Origin: Macrostomum lignano
Taxonomy: Eukaryota
NCBI GenBank assembly: GCA_002269645.1
Contig: NIVC01000073.1
Coordinates: 744,001-808,000 of the forward strand
Direction of reading: 5' to 3'
Length of the DNA: 64,000 nucleotides
Shown here in pieces: positions 22,301 to 34,890 of the stretch (position 1 is its first letter; the number at the start of each line of letters is the position of its first letter). The notes beneath the pieces were generated by a model. That model ran no database searches and had not been told where the DNA came from. It worked only from the letters and a program-made list of their open reading frames with translations. The translations under genes were made by a program, and so were the position numbers.

Positions 22301-25300
22301 TCAATTCTGGGTAGCTGGGCTAGTCGTTTAGCCTTGCTCTAACTGACCAGTCCCTAAGTTTTCAGTGCTATTTTTTATCGCTCAGTGGTGTGCGCACGCG
22401 GAAATGGGTGCGTTCTGGAGATTTTCAAGCTTAAAGCTAGAGAGAGAGAGGTGTAGGTTGGCTCTGGAGGCTAGCAGCTTGAGTATGAGAATCCGATTGG
22501 GAAACGCGAGTTATCGATTTGCTTTAACCCGGACGCACTATAACCCCCGAGGACGGCTGTATAGCTATTTTGTCAGCGCGCAGTTAAGGAGCCTATGCAC
22601 TATTTTCTCTCTGAGCTTTGCGCTGTGTGTTAGTCTGCGCACACTGCCTGTAGACAGATAATGCTTGCCAGTGCTGCTGTTGCTTTCGCTCTGTTTCCTC
22701 TCTCCTTTTGTCAAGCTGACGCGTACCTTTATAAAAATGAAGCTCGTGCACGTTTTGAGCTTGCTGGGGATTATTTTTTTTTTGAGAGAGAGAGAGGGCA
22801 GGGTTAACAGTTAAAGCGGCTAAGAGAATGCGAGTACGTTGCGTGACTCTTAGTGGGGCCGATCTACAAAAAAGTAAGAGAAACGGGACTAAATTGAAAT
22901 CTGCTCCTTGTGTTGGACAAAATGGTGTCCGGCGTTAGAAGGTTCTCAACTTAGTCGCTCTAATTTAGAATTCCGAGAGAGTTCTTTTTAGTCCAAATGT
23001 GCTCCGTCCGGAGACGAATGCTTGATTACTTAGTCTCATCAGTTTTCTCCGCTCTCAGTTGGCTGGAGTCGGATGCAATGACGCCTTGTTTGTCTCCTAT
23101 TTGCTAGTGCAGTTCTGGCCAACCAACGTCGGTGCTTCATTTCAGCACAAGTAATCTGCCTTCAGTGCTCCGATCGGGGTAGTGCAGAACGATAATAAAG
23201 CTTCTTGGTTTCAATCTTTGGAATGAAGACGTCGCTGCGTTGACTAACTTGCTAAAATGTTAATGCCTCTCAGGCGAGAGAAAGCAAGATTGCGTGCGTG
23301 AATTAGACAGGATTGAGAGTGGGATCTTAAGTTGATTGAAGGATCTTAAAATAGATTAGTACTTGTGGTCATCTGGAGTGCTGAATCCGTGGACTCTAAT
23401 TTGATGCAAAACACTGGCAATGTTTTCACGAAAGAATATTTCTTAGAAATATTTCGACCTTGTCTTCAATCATGATGCTAGAGACTTGCATTTAAATCGA
23501 AGCATATAAATAAGATCATAATAATCAGATATGATTATTCGATACTAAGCTAAAAATACTGTTCTGACTGGGTGTATCCTATCGAAGTAGATAATTGGTC
23601 AATGTCAAATCCAATACGCAATGAATAAGAGGAACTTGCTCACTCGGAAAATGCAGCGTGGACTGTCGCTGAAAAAAAGGCAAATATTGGTAAATGGACA
23701 TTCTGTTAAGCAACAGTCTTTATTATATTATGAGAGGTCAGTTCTCCAAACTGAGTAGAGCCCAGAAATTGGACTGACTGGGGACCTGAGAAATTTTATT
23801 TAGCCAGAATTGCCATCTAGGATTCTGTTCTCCCCCTCTCTCAACCCAGTTCTGCGAAATTCCCAAATACTCAGTGGAATTGTCAGCTAGCCTGTTCGCC
23901 TGGCCTCTCCACTCGAGCTGCCGCCTCTTGCCGCTGACCCCCTTCGGCTACTTTAATTTCCCGCGACTCTGGTCGGGGTCGAGGGGTTTTTTAATGATGA
24001 ACCTTGTGCAGCTGGGGCGACTCCGGTCGTTTAACGACATAGCCTGCGTGGCGCTGAGGTCCCGCATTCACCAGCCAGCAGCCTCTACCTCACCCCATTA
24101 TGCTGATGAATGCTCCAGAAGGCTCGGGAGTCGAATTTGGCTTCTATGGGTTCAGATAAAAGTGGGAGGCAGGGAGGGATGAATGGAGAGAAAGCCTCGG
24201 CAAAGGCTTCTCATCTCGATCTGCTGGCAGCTGTGCAGCACACCCTTGTCAGAGAGTGCCTATAGTAGCTGGCCCCGTGATGAACGCGGGGAATTGCGCT
24301 CGGAAGGTTAATGCGATGGGGCGTCGGTCCCTATGGACTACGGCGGCTTTGCGTAGCTAGCTATATTTTATGCTTGGTTGGAGAATTTGGAATGGACGAA
24401 ATTGACTAGCTATCCCATCTCCGTCGCGTTCCTTTCCCCTCTCTGTCTTCCTCTCACCCATTTTTGCACGTATCTGCCGAGACCACCGACTATCTGCCAG
24501 CTAATATTGCCCTGTAAGCTTCGTCGATGTGCAGCAAGCGGAGCAGTTCGGCATTTTCCTTTGCGTTTTTTGTGTCATAGCGCGTGTTACGAGTATAACA
24601 CATCAACTTTCATTTTGGCCTTCTGAATTTAGACCCAGATCTTGCTGATTGTTGTTAGGAAAATAAGCTAGTTAGAATCGATTTTCGGAAGTCTTTCAAC
24701 GAAGCTTTGATGCAACACATAGAAGTCTAACTAAAGGAAAAGGACCTAAACAGAGAAAATGCATTTATTCGTCAATCCTTGATTGCTGGACCGTGCGTGA
24801 TCGTCTTTATAAGAAAGATGATGTATAGAATTATACACGCCTGATTATTATGCATATATTATTTAGTAACGCCTTCATAGACACTTAGGTAACCCAGAAT
24901 CCAGTAGTGCCTCATCATAGTCATTGGAGCATGCTGAGCTTAGCTACTGAGCGATGACGCATCGGTCAGTTTGGACCTGGAGGGCCCGGCTTTTAGTTGC
25001 CAAGCAGAAAGTGGCTGGTTTGGTTACGTAGACTCTCTCGCTTCCCATCCTTTCCTGTCTCCCTATTTTACTGTGACTACTGTCTAAGTTGATTAAGTCT
25101 GACAGCTCTTCTTTCCAACTGTGGGAAGAACTGCCTAGCAGCTTGGCATATCCTCTTGCGACTTTATTGCTTTCCCGTCTCTTATCCTTTTTTTCAATTC
25201 TCTATACATATCTTCGCTCAGCTCACACTGTCTTCTGTGTTTTTATAATCATCCCATTTTCCCTAGTAAACGCTAGCAACTTGTTTATAAAAAGGAGGCG

Positions 25301-25492
25301 CACTCGCCTTACCTTTGATTAATTAATGAATTCTCTTGCTAATAGGTAAAATGAGTTGAGTAGCTATTAGGAGCAAACATGCTAAATACTGATGACTGTG
25401 ACTATACTAATTTCAGCCTAAAATACTGCTTCAGACATCAAATAATATATATTAAATATCGAATACTTTGGAAAGACTGCCAGCACAACAAA

Positions 25493-28400
25493 ATGACGCA
25501 GTTTGAAGTTCAAGTTGATCAATACAAAGCTGACGGAAACAAGGCTGTCTGCTTTAAGTTAGGTGAGTGTCATTAGTAAAGGTTTTTATGTTTGAACGTG
25601 TTTATTTTCTGTATTAACATCTGACAGTCTCCAGCGCAGCTTGAATGAATTGTTTATTACTATCTATTTTCTAATTAGTCAGTTGGAATTCATTCTCTGA
25701 TTGGTCAGTCGGAATCTATTCTCTGATTGGTCAGTGGGAATCCATTCTCTGATTGGTTATTGGAAATCCATTCTCTGATTGGTCAGTGGGAATCCATTCT
25801 CTGATTGGTCAGTGGGAATCCATTCTCTGATTGGCCAGTAGGAATCCATTCTCTGATTGGTCAGTGGGAATCCATTTTCTGATTGATCAGTGGGAATCCA
25901 TTCTCTGATTGGTCAGTGGGAATCCATTCTCTGATTGGCCAGTAGAAATCCATTCTCTGATTGGTCAGTTAGATTCCATTGTCTGTAAAACGCTTTTATC
26001 TAGACCGAAATGATAATTTGTCTAGAATGCTCAGTATTGATGAATAATAGTTATTTTAGAAATCCATGACTCCTGTTTAGCTCTATAGATTATAGTATGC
26101 ATGCATGTAGATATAATATTACTATTATGCATATTACTAATGCCTGACTCGTGTTTCAAAAAAATTAGCAACAAGCAGAAATTAAATCCATCTCAGAACG
26201 CGAGTGTTTCGTTTCATTATTTATTTTTTTTTCGTTTCAGTCCGCTCGACCAAGGATTTGACTAATCCGGAGATCGATTTTCACCCAGACATGTGCCACC
26301 AGGTATTTGGCGACAGGTGAGAGGAGACTATACTATATGGTGCCGCTTTACCAAGCTAGAAACTTCACTAACTAAAATATTCACAAGCCAGAAGCCTCAC
26401 AAAGCAGAGGATTCACAAGCAGAAAATCCGCAAACTAAAGTAATAGAACATTCACAAACTAAAATAAAATATTCACAAACTACAATCGAGGATTCTCAAA
26501 ATACAATAGAAGATTCACAAACTACAACAGAAAATTCACAAAATTGAAGATTCACAAATTACAACAGAAGATTCACAAACTACAATACAAGATTCACCAA
26601 CTTAATGATTCACAAACTAAAATAGAAGATTCACCAACTAGAACATGCTAGAAGCTTCACATACTAGCTAGCTTCTATTCCTAATCTATTCCTAATGTGT
26701 CAATCAGAAAATAAGCCCATTATTATTAACTTCTCATTTTAGCGAGACAATTTTTGGCTACAAAAATTTAAGCATCAAGATCTACTTTGCAGCCTGCAGT
26801 CTGACAATTTACTTGGCCGTGGAATATGCCGAAAAGATTAATAAAGCTATTAGCGGCGGTGTTGAGGTTTGACTTCAAATTCTTCTTTGTACTTATCCTA
26901 TCAGGTTATTTTTATTGGCAATTTCAAAAAGAGCCATAAAAGGAGGAATCCTAGATGGGGAATCTCAAGTAGGGGAATCCTAAATTGGGAATCTCAAGTA
27001 AGGGAATCCTAAATTAGGAATCTCAAGTAGGGGAATCCTAAATTGGGAATCTCAAGTAAGGGAATCCTGAATGGGGAATCTCAAGTAAGGGAATCCTGAA
27101 TGGGGAATCTCAGGTAGAAAAATCCTAAATGGGGAATCTCAAGTAGGGGAATCCTGAATGGGTAATCTCAGGTAGGGGAATACTAAAAAGAGAATCTCAA
27201 GTAGGAATCCTAAATGTGGAATCTCAAGTAGGGGAATCCTAAATAGCGAATTCCTAGTAGGCAAATCCTAAATTGGACTTCCATACGAAGTATTGCTTTG
27301 TACTTTAACTAATTAACCCAAGGACTAACCCAAAACCAATTTACACAAACAACCAGGCAGACGACATAATGGCCGCCCTCACTAAGGACCTGATTCCCCC
27401 TGGCTATCTAACCAACATTGATCAGTTTGCTAGTCGAGTTTCTAGCGATAACGAATTTAAACCGTTTGGCGTATTGAAGCAAGCCTATACTACTGAAGAT
27501 GGTGAGCGCGTGTTCACTTCTCTTGTAAAGTATTCTACTGTTAGTAGTTTCAATTGCATTTTATTCGTTAAATTTTTCATATTGCAGACGGCCGTCACTT
27601 TGAAATCTACCAACCAACCATGGACACGCCAGGATTTCGCGAATTTCACAGTCGCCTACAAATCTTTCTAATATTTTTCGTCGATGCTGCCAGCTTTATT
27701 GACGCAGACGACGACCGCTGGAGCTTCTTGGTGCTGTACGAGAAGTTCAAGGATGATAGCGGCGAATGGCGACACGCCGTGGCGGGTTACATGACCGCCT
27801 ACAGGTAGACATCTTGGCTGACTGTGCTGTCCTGATGTTGTCACCTGTCCTGATCTTGTCACCTGTCCTGATCTTGTCACCTGTCCTGTCCTGATGTTGT
27901 CACCTGTCCTGTCCTGATGTTGTCACCTGTCCTGATCTTGTCACCTGTCCTGTCCTGATGTTGTCACCTGTCCTGATCTTGTCACCTGTCCTGTCCTGAT
28001 GTTGTCACCTGTCCTGATGTTGTCACCTGTCCTGTCCTTATGTTGTCACCTGTCCTGTCCTTATGTTGTCACCAGTCCTGTCCTGATGTTGTCACCTGTC
28101 CTGATCTTGTCACCTGTCCTGTCCTGATGTTGTCACCTGTCCTGTCCTGATGTTGTCACCTGTCCTGTCCTGATGTTGTCACCTGTCCTGTCCTGATCTT
28201 GTCACCTGTCCTGATCTTGTCACCTGTCCTGATCTTGTCACCTGTCCTGTCCTGATGTTGTCACCTGTCCTGTCCTGATGTTGTCACCTGTCCTGTCCTG
28301 ATCTTGTCACCTGTCCTGATCTTGTCACCTGTCCTGTCCTGATGTTGTCACCTGTCCTGATGTTGTCACCTGTCCTGTCCTGATGTTGTCACCTGTCCTG

Positions 28401-30868
28401 ATCTTGTCACCTGTCCTGTCCTGATGTTGTCACCTGTCCTGATGTTGTCACCTTTCCTGTCCTGATGTTGTCACCTGTCCTGATCTTGTCACCTGTCCTG
28501 ATCTTGTCACCTGTCCTGTCCTGATCTTGTCACCTGTCCTGTCCTGATGTTGTCACCTGTCCTGATCTTGTCACCTGTCCTGTCCTTATGTTGTCACCTG
28601 TCCTGATCTTGTCACCTGTCCTGTCCTGATCTTGTCACCTGTCCTGTCCTGATGTTGTCACCTGTCCTGTCCTGATGTTGTCACCTGTCCTGATCTTGTC
28701 ACCTGTCCTGTCCTTATGTTGTCACCTGTCCTGATCTTGTCACCTGTCCTGATCTTGTTACCTGTCCTGTCCTGATGTTGTCACCTGTCCTGATGTTGTC
28801 ACCTGTCCTGATCTTGTCACCTGTCCTGTCCTGATGTTGTCACCTGTCCTGATCTTGTCACCTGTCCTGTCCTGATGTTGTCACCTGTCCTGATGTTGTC
28901 ACCTGTCCTGATCTTGTCACCTGTCCTGTCCTGATGTTGTCACCTGTCCTGATCTTGTCACCTGTCCTGATCTTGTCACCTGTCCTGTCCTGATGTTATC
29001 ACCTGTCTTGATGTTGTCACCTGTCCTGATCTTGTCACCTGTCCTGTCCTTATGTTGTCACCTGTCCTGTCCTTATGTTGTCACCAGTCCTGTCCTTATG
29101 TTGTCACCTGTCCTGTCCTTATGTTGTCACCTGTCCTGTCCTTATGTTGTCACCTGTCCTGATTTTGTCACCTGTCCTGTCCTTATGTTGTCACCTGTCC
29201 TGTCCTTATGTTGGCACCTGTCCTGTCCTTATGTTGTCACCTGTCCTGTCCTTATGTTGTCACCTGTCCTGATTTTGTCAACTGTCCTGATCTTGTTACC
29301 TATATTCTCTTCGCGAATAACCTTTGTCCTCACCCATGCAGGTATTACGCCTACCCCGACCGGGTGCGACCCCGTATCAGCCAGTTCATCGTCTTGCCGC
29401 CCTACCAGCGCCGCGGCCACGGATGCCGCCTGCTGGAGGCATTCTACTCCGAGTCTCTGGCCGACCCGGCCGTCCTGGACATCGCCGTTGAGGATCCGGT
29501 CGACACGTTTCAACGATTGCGCGACTTTGTCGACTGTCGCCGCCTGCTATTCGAGGCGCCGGAATTATTCGCTAATCCAGTTGCGCTAGCTAACGGATTC
29601 ACCGAGACTATGGCAAAGGTTGCTAGGGAGCGGCTTCGTCTGAATAAACGTCAAGCCAGGCGTTGCTACGAAATTTTGTGGCTTCGCTGCACCAATCGGT
29701 TTGTGTTTTTTCTTCTACTTACAGTAGATAAAGAGGATATTTTCTATAATTTTCGTTAAATTGGCAAACAATTGACAAATATTACAAATAAAAAAGATGT
29801 GTTTATGTATTGATTAATTAAAAACACATTTTAAAGCTTTCACTTCACGGTACTTTTGAAGACCTTTTTGTAACTTCTTAAAAGTGCACATGCACTTCAG
29901 AATCAGGAGCAACGTAACATGAAGGGTAGCAGTGGGGTCAGGTGCCTACTCTTGAGGGGAGGTCAAGGTGGTCAAAGATCCTAGGAAGGAATGTCTCTTG
30001 TAGCACTTAATTAGCGCTAACTTCTAGTCTAGGACGCCTGATTGGCGCTAGCATTTAGTCTAGTGGCGCTTGATTGGCGCCAACATCTAGTCTAGGGCGC
30101 TTGATTGGCGCTAACATCTAGTCTAGGCCGCTTGATTGGCGCTAACATCTAGTCTAGGCCGCTTGATTGGCGCTAACATCTAGTCTAGGCCGCTTGATTG
30201 GCGCTAACATCTAGTCTAGGGCGCTTGATTGGCGCTAACATCTAGCCTAGGACGCTTGATTGGCGCTAACATCTAGCCTAGGACGCTTGATTGGCGCTAA
30301 CATCTAGTCTAGGCCGCTTGATTGGCGCTAACATCTAGTCTAGGGCGCTTGATTGGCGCTAGCATCTAGTCTAGGCCGCTTGATTGGCGCTAGCATCTAG
30401 TCTAGGCCGCTTGATTGGCGCTAGCATCTAGTCTAGGGCGCTTGATTGGCGCTGGCATTTAGTCTAGGCGGCTTGATTGGCGCTAAAATCTCTTATCTGT
30501 GCGGCGCTTGTCTAAAGGTTCATTATAGTTCACTGACCCCATCTCCCCCCCCCCCAAGGTCTGACCCGTCAGCCTGGCGCAACTACCGCCTGACGGTGAA
30601 GTCGCGGCTCAACCAGCCGTTCCGCAAGTCCGGCCGCGAGCTGGCCAAGGCGGCTGCCGCTCTGGAGTCGGACGAGTTGCAGGCCGTGCTTGGTGACCTC
30701 AGCCGGCAGCAGAGAATCGGACACCTGGCCGAGGCATTCGACCAGCTGGTTAGCGACTATGGTCAGGTGTTGGACCGTCTGGCCTCGGTTGCGATAACTG
30801 CCGGCGCTAGGAATAGCGCCGTAGCTGAAAATGGCGCCGCTGAAGCCTGTCCGGTTGATTGTCGCTAG
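25493..30868 (+). CDS. HAT1: Histone acetyltransferase 1 (type B catalytic subunit), 7 exons, 432 aa
   Basis: Exons 25493-25562, 26241-26316, 26743-26866, 27357-27501, 27588-27804, 29342-29698 and 30559-30868. All introns are GT-AG with consistent phases (total 1299 nt). Motifs HQVFGDSETIFGYK, IPPGYLTN, FKPFG, ASFIDADDDRW, RPRISQFIVLPPYQRRGHG (acetyl-CoA motif A), EDP..FQRLRDF, NKRQARRCYEIL and YRLTVKSRL. AATAAA at 31091. Confidence 0.95.
25686..25980. repeat. 26-bp minisatellite in HAT1 intron 1
   Basis: About 11 copies of GGGAATCCATTCTCTGATTGGTCAGT. Confidence 0.9.
26400..26660. repeat. Degenerate ~21-bp minisatellite in HAT1 intron 2
   Basis: GAAGATTCACAAACTACAATA-like units. Confidence 0.75.
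26945..27280. repeat. ~29-30-bp minisatellite in HAT1 intron 3
   Basis: GGGGAATCCTAAATGGGGAATCTCAAGTA units, a dimer of GGAATC halves. Confidence 0.88.
27826..29300. repeat. 18/23-bp minisatellite in HAT1 intron 5
   Basis: TCCTGAT(G/C)TTGTCACCTG with an optional TCCTG spacer, about 1.5 kb long. Confidence 0.95.
30020..30490. repeat. 31-bp minisatellite in HAT1 intron 6
   Basis: GCGCTTGATTGGCGCTAACATCTAGTCTAGG units. Confidence 0.92.
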
Positions 30869-31205
30869 AGGATGGCTGTTTGGAAGCTGCTTGCTTGCTA
30901 ATTATGGTTAGGGTAAGAATTGCTTATTATGAAATCGTTCCAGTGGGATCCAGGGCCAGGCTCGGTTCCAAGTGCAGTCACATTAATTTGGGGCTGAATT
31001 GGAATCTCGGCTTTGCTCTTCTCGTGCAATTAACGCCCAGCTTGAGGGCCAACCCCCCAAGGCACAGTGAAGTGTACATGCCTAACGATAAATAAAGCTA
31101 GGGGGCTGCTGTACACTCCTGTGTGAGTGTGTGCCTGTGCGTATGACTGCCTAAAGGTACATTATTGCTCACTGACCTCATCTCTCCCCTCACTCCCCTC
31201 CTACA

Positions 31206-31548
31206 GGGGCTGTAGCCTAGTGGTCAGAGCGTCGGACTCACGACTTGAAGGTCGGGGGTTCGACTCTTGATCCTACTGGAACAATTCGTGTCCTTGATCA
31301 AGACACTTATAACTCTGCATTGCTGCAGTTCACCCAGCGGTAAAATGGGTGCCAGCATTAGCTGGGGTAATTGAGGCTGTGTGTGGCGACCCCCCCCCCA
31401 GACTGAACAGCCGTAAGCAGCCTTCAAATGCACCGCGCAATAGCTGCGGCTGAGCTGTCGGTTGCACATCTGGCCCAATTGGGGCAGGTGTAAACAATTA
31501 TTATTACTATTACTATTACTATTACTAATATTATTATTGTTATTATTT
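31206..31548 (+). mobile_element. tRNA-derived CORE-SINE
   Basis: A box TAGCCTAGTGG and B box GGTTCGACTC. The MIR-like CORE segment is gtgtccttgatcaagacactta...ggtaaaatgggt, followed by an (ATT/ATTACT)n 3' tail at 31497-31548. Confidence 0.78.
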
Positions 31549-32630
31549 ATGACTGCGTACGTATCCGCGCGCTTGTGTGCCTGCTCAGGGGAGTCGGCGT
31601 AATGGGCAGTAATGCCTTTCGCCGGCTGTGTGACAATGTCGCTTAAATTTGATTCCGATTGGATAATATTAATATGAATAATATTAAGTCTGTTTCCTTT
31701 ATACCTTTCCTTTCCAGATTTGTCTGCAGTGAGTCATCGGGATTGACCGGTTTTGATTTCATATTGCAATTTACACATGTGTTTATTAATTCGCAATGAC
31801 ATCGTAACTGTCACATTGTCTGCTTTTTTATAAATAAAAAAATAATCATCTTTTTAATAAATATTGCATCATTTACTGCATTTCGTGCTTACTAAGAAAC
31901 CCTTCAGCTAATAAACGAGTTATAATCGAAATCGACCCAAAATATAGAAATTCAGATATATAAAATCGAATAATTCAAATTTAAAGTACGAGGGAAGCTT
32001 TAACCATAGACTACAGAACAAATACGGGTACTTTTGTAAAATTATGAAAGATAAACTTCTGGCAGACTTTAAACATCTATGGGCAAAAGTGTTATCACTA
32101 CTTTTTTGACACCCATTTTTTCAAGTCTAATTTGAAATCATGCAAATTTCCCCATTCTGTATTCAAAGTTTCTAATTATTTTATCACCATGTACTAGCAT
32201 GTAGCATCTACCGTAATTAGTCATATAAAATATTTTGTAATGTTTATTTTAACGCATTTTTTCGCCTTTATACTGATTGGTCTGCCTCTCTTATCTCCTA
32301 TCGTAGCAAGCGGTTGGTTATTTTTCCGATAAAATAACAATTACAACATGACGTCACTGGTTCCGCAAGTTTCCTATTCGTCGGGTTTATTTTTAAAAAC
32401 AATTATTTGCCTTTTTTTTCTTTGTCAGACTGTCATATCTTTTATTTGTGATCCAGGATACTACGCTTGAGTTGGCTTTGTGATTCAAAAACATTTTGGA
32501 TCTGCAGACTTGAAAATGCGAAGTACCAAGCTATAGATAGTATGCATTTTAATCAGCTCGACTATTGACAGCAGCTCAACTTTTGCCACCTCTGAACCTG
32601 GCATCCACCGGACTAGGAGACAGAGGTAGG

Positions 32631-32838
32631 GGTGCCCACCAAGAGACAGGGGCGCCCACCAAGAGACAGGGGCGCCCACCAAGAGACAGGGGCGCCCACC
32701 AAAAGACAGGGGCGCTCACCAAGAGACAGGGGCCGCTCACCAAGAGACAGGGGCGCCCACCAAGAGACAGGGGCACCCACCAAGAGAAAAGGGCCCTCAC
32801 CAAGAGACAGGGGCGCCCACCAAGAGACAGGGGCGCCA
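32631..32838. repeat. ~20-bp minisatellite (CCACCAAGAGACAGGGGCGC)n
   Basis: About 10 tandem units. Confidence 0.9.
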
Positions 32839-33799
32839 ACCACTGCACCAGATATTGGCGCCCGTCAGAGTCGCGGCCCCTTCAATTAAAATTTGTGAGT
32901 ATGCCTCTGCAATCGGAGTTGATTTGCAAGTTGGCCGACTACCAGTTCACACACACACACAGTGTGGAGTGTAGAAAGTCCGGACCGCTGTACACCCTGC
33001 GTGAGCGTGTGTTGTCAGGGTCAGCAAAATGGGCAGGGACTGCTTGCCTCTTCTTTAGCTGCGGGTCGGCTGTCGATCGCCTTAATTCGCGCGCAATACC
33101 CCCCTGAAACCTATTATAATAACTGGAAACGTACAATTGCACCCTTTCAATAATAAGTAAGCTTAGATTGGCAAAAGCAACAAGACAGATTGACGAACAG
33201 TTCTCCCTATTCCCTACTCCCTAAAGAATGAACTCAAGCAGCAGGCGGCTTACCAGTGGCCAAATTGCCGTTCGTACGTTTATTGCTCGTAGGTCTCAAG
33301 CGCAGGTTCGCACGTTTGTTGATTGGCTCGTAGGTCTCAAGCGCGGCTTCTAATTTCTTAGCAATTCACAAAGACTCTTTTCAAAGACTGACTTCTCAAT
33401 CGGGCTCTCGGCTCTCTAGGCTTATCGTAGGTAGCTAATGTCGCTGTTTCTTACTCAAGACAAGTCTCGCGCTTGCTATCTCGGAGAACACCAAAACACA
33501 AAACGCACGCAGGGCGTGGGCAAACCCAGAGTCGCACCATAAATAGCACCCAAACCCTGGGGCAGACCGGCTAAGCCCAACCGGCTAAGCCCAACAAAAC
33601 AAACAAACTACCCAAAAAAATAGACTGGCCGCGCCGGCCGGCCAATCAAAACCCCGCCTAGGGGGGAGGGGCCGCACCTGCGCCAAAGCTGGCCCGGCCG
33701 CAGCCAACCAGCCCTGAGCACGGGGCAGGGGCACGGCTGGGGAGGGGCACGCGCAAAGCCCGGCCGCCGTCCAGACCCTGCCACGCCCGCCAACCCCAC

Positions 33800-34890
33800 C
33801 CCCCTAGCCAGCCCCAAAGTGCAACGCGCCCTGCCAACCGACAAGGGCGCATGCACTACACTTATCCCGCACTCTGACCTCTGCCTCAAGGCTCTCGAGG
33901 AGTGTGGCGGGCTCAGTATCCTCACGGACTCGATCCCAGCCACCCTTCTCCTGGCGAGTGACAGCTGGAGCGATTCTAAAGTCCACTGTTACAGTGACGG
34001 CTCTATGACGAAGCGCAGACGCTTCAGACTTTGTGGTATTGGAGACGAGTAGGTCTTTCAGGCTTCGGAGCTTGCGTCTTCTTCAAGTGAGAAGTGGTGT
34101 GGAGCTACTCACAGCACACTGGGCTCAACTCCAGTGTTTTTCAGAGCGAGGTGCTTGCCATCAGCTCCTGCGCGGCAGAGCTGCGCCGAAGGCAGCCTAT
34201 AGGTCGGAAATTTATTTTTCACTCTGACAGCCAAGCAGCCCTTCGAGCCCTCTGCCGCAGCCTCCTGCCGTCCTGGACTGCAACACCCAGCTCAACGGGC
34301 TTGCGCTAGGCAACCAGTTTGAGCTCAGATGGATCCCGGGCCACACCGGTTTCCTCGGCAACGAGCGAGCCGACATGCTGGCTAAGGCTGGCTCTGCCGC
34401 GCGCTGCTGGGGCCGGGCCCGGGAGCCCCCATCCCCGCCTCGGTGATCAGTTCCGCTCAACCGCAGAGACCTCAGAGCAGTTAGCATGGCCCTCTCCGGG
34501 CATGGCTGCTTCTCTCGCCACCGCTTCCTTCAGGGCCAAGTACCCGAGGAGCGGTGCCCCTTCTGCCGCTCAGGCAGTGAAAACGCCGAGCACTTTATCT
34601 GCCACTGCCCGGTTTTCACCAGGGCCAGGCTCACTCACCTCGGGCCAAACCCGGTTCTTTCCGAGAGCATCCCGCCGCTCGCCCGGTACCTCAGGGACAC
34701 GGGACGAGCTGATTTCTTCCCCACCGCCGGTGAGGAGGACCGCGCTGCAGGCGAGACCGACGGATCCCCCGGAGCGACATCACTTCGACGGAAGTCATTG
34801 GTCGCCAGGGGCTAGCGGAATGGGCGGTCCCCTCCGCCTCCTCGCTGCATCCGCCGGACGCCCCCTGCAGCTAAGTCAAGTAAGTCAAGT
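33800..34890 (+). mobile_element. 5'-truncated, frameshifted non-LTR retrotransposon (I/LOA/R1 group): RNase H and CCHC C-terminus
   Basis: Fragments HCYSDGS, SVFQSEVLAI, FHSDSQAALRAL, LRWIPGHTGFLGNERADMLAK and LSGHG...CPFC..ENAEHFICHCP across shifted frames; (AAGT/AAGTC) tail at 34871-34890. Confidence 0.85.

Noticed and set aside
28993-29589. 198-aa ORF and the N-terminal extensions of HAT1 exon ORFs
   Set aside because: They arise from intronic satellite read-through; only 29342-29698 is HAT1 coding.
31206-31280. tRNA-like sequence (also 18690-18758 and 62350-62422)
   Set aside because: A and B boxes are present but acceptor-stem pairing is poor, and each continues into a shared body or tail. 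These are SINE heads, not tRNA genes.
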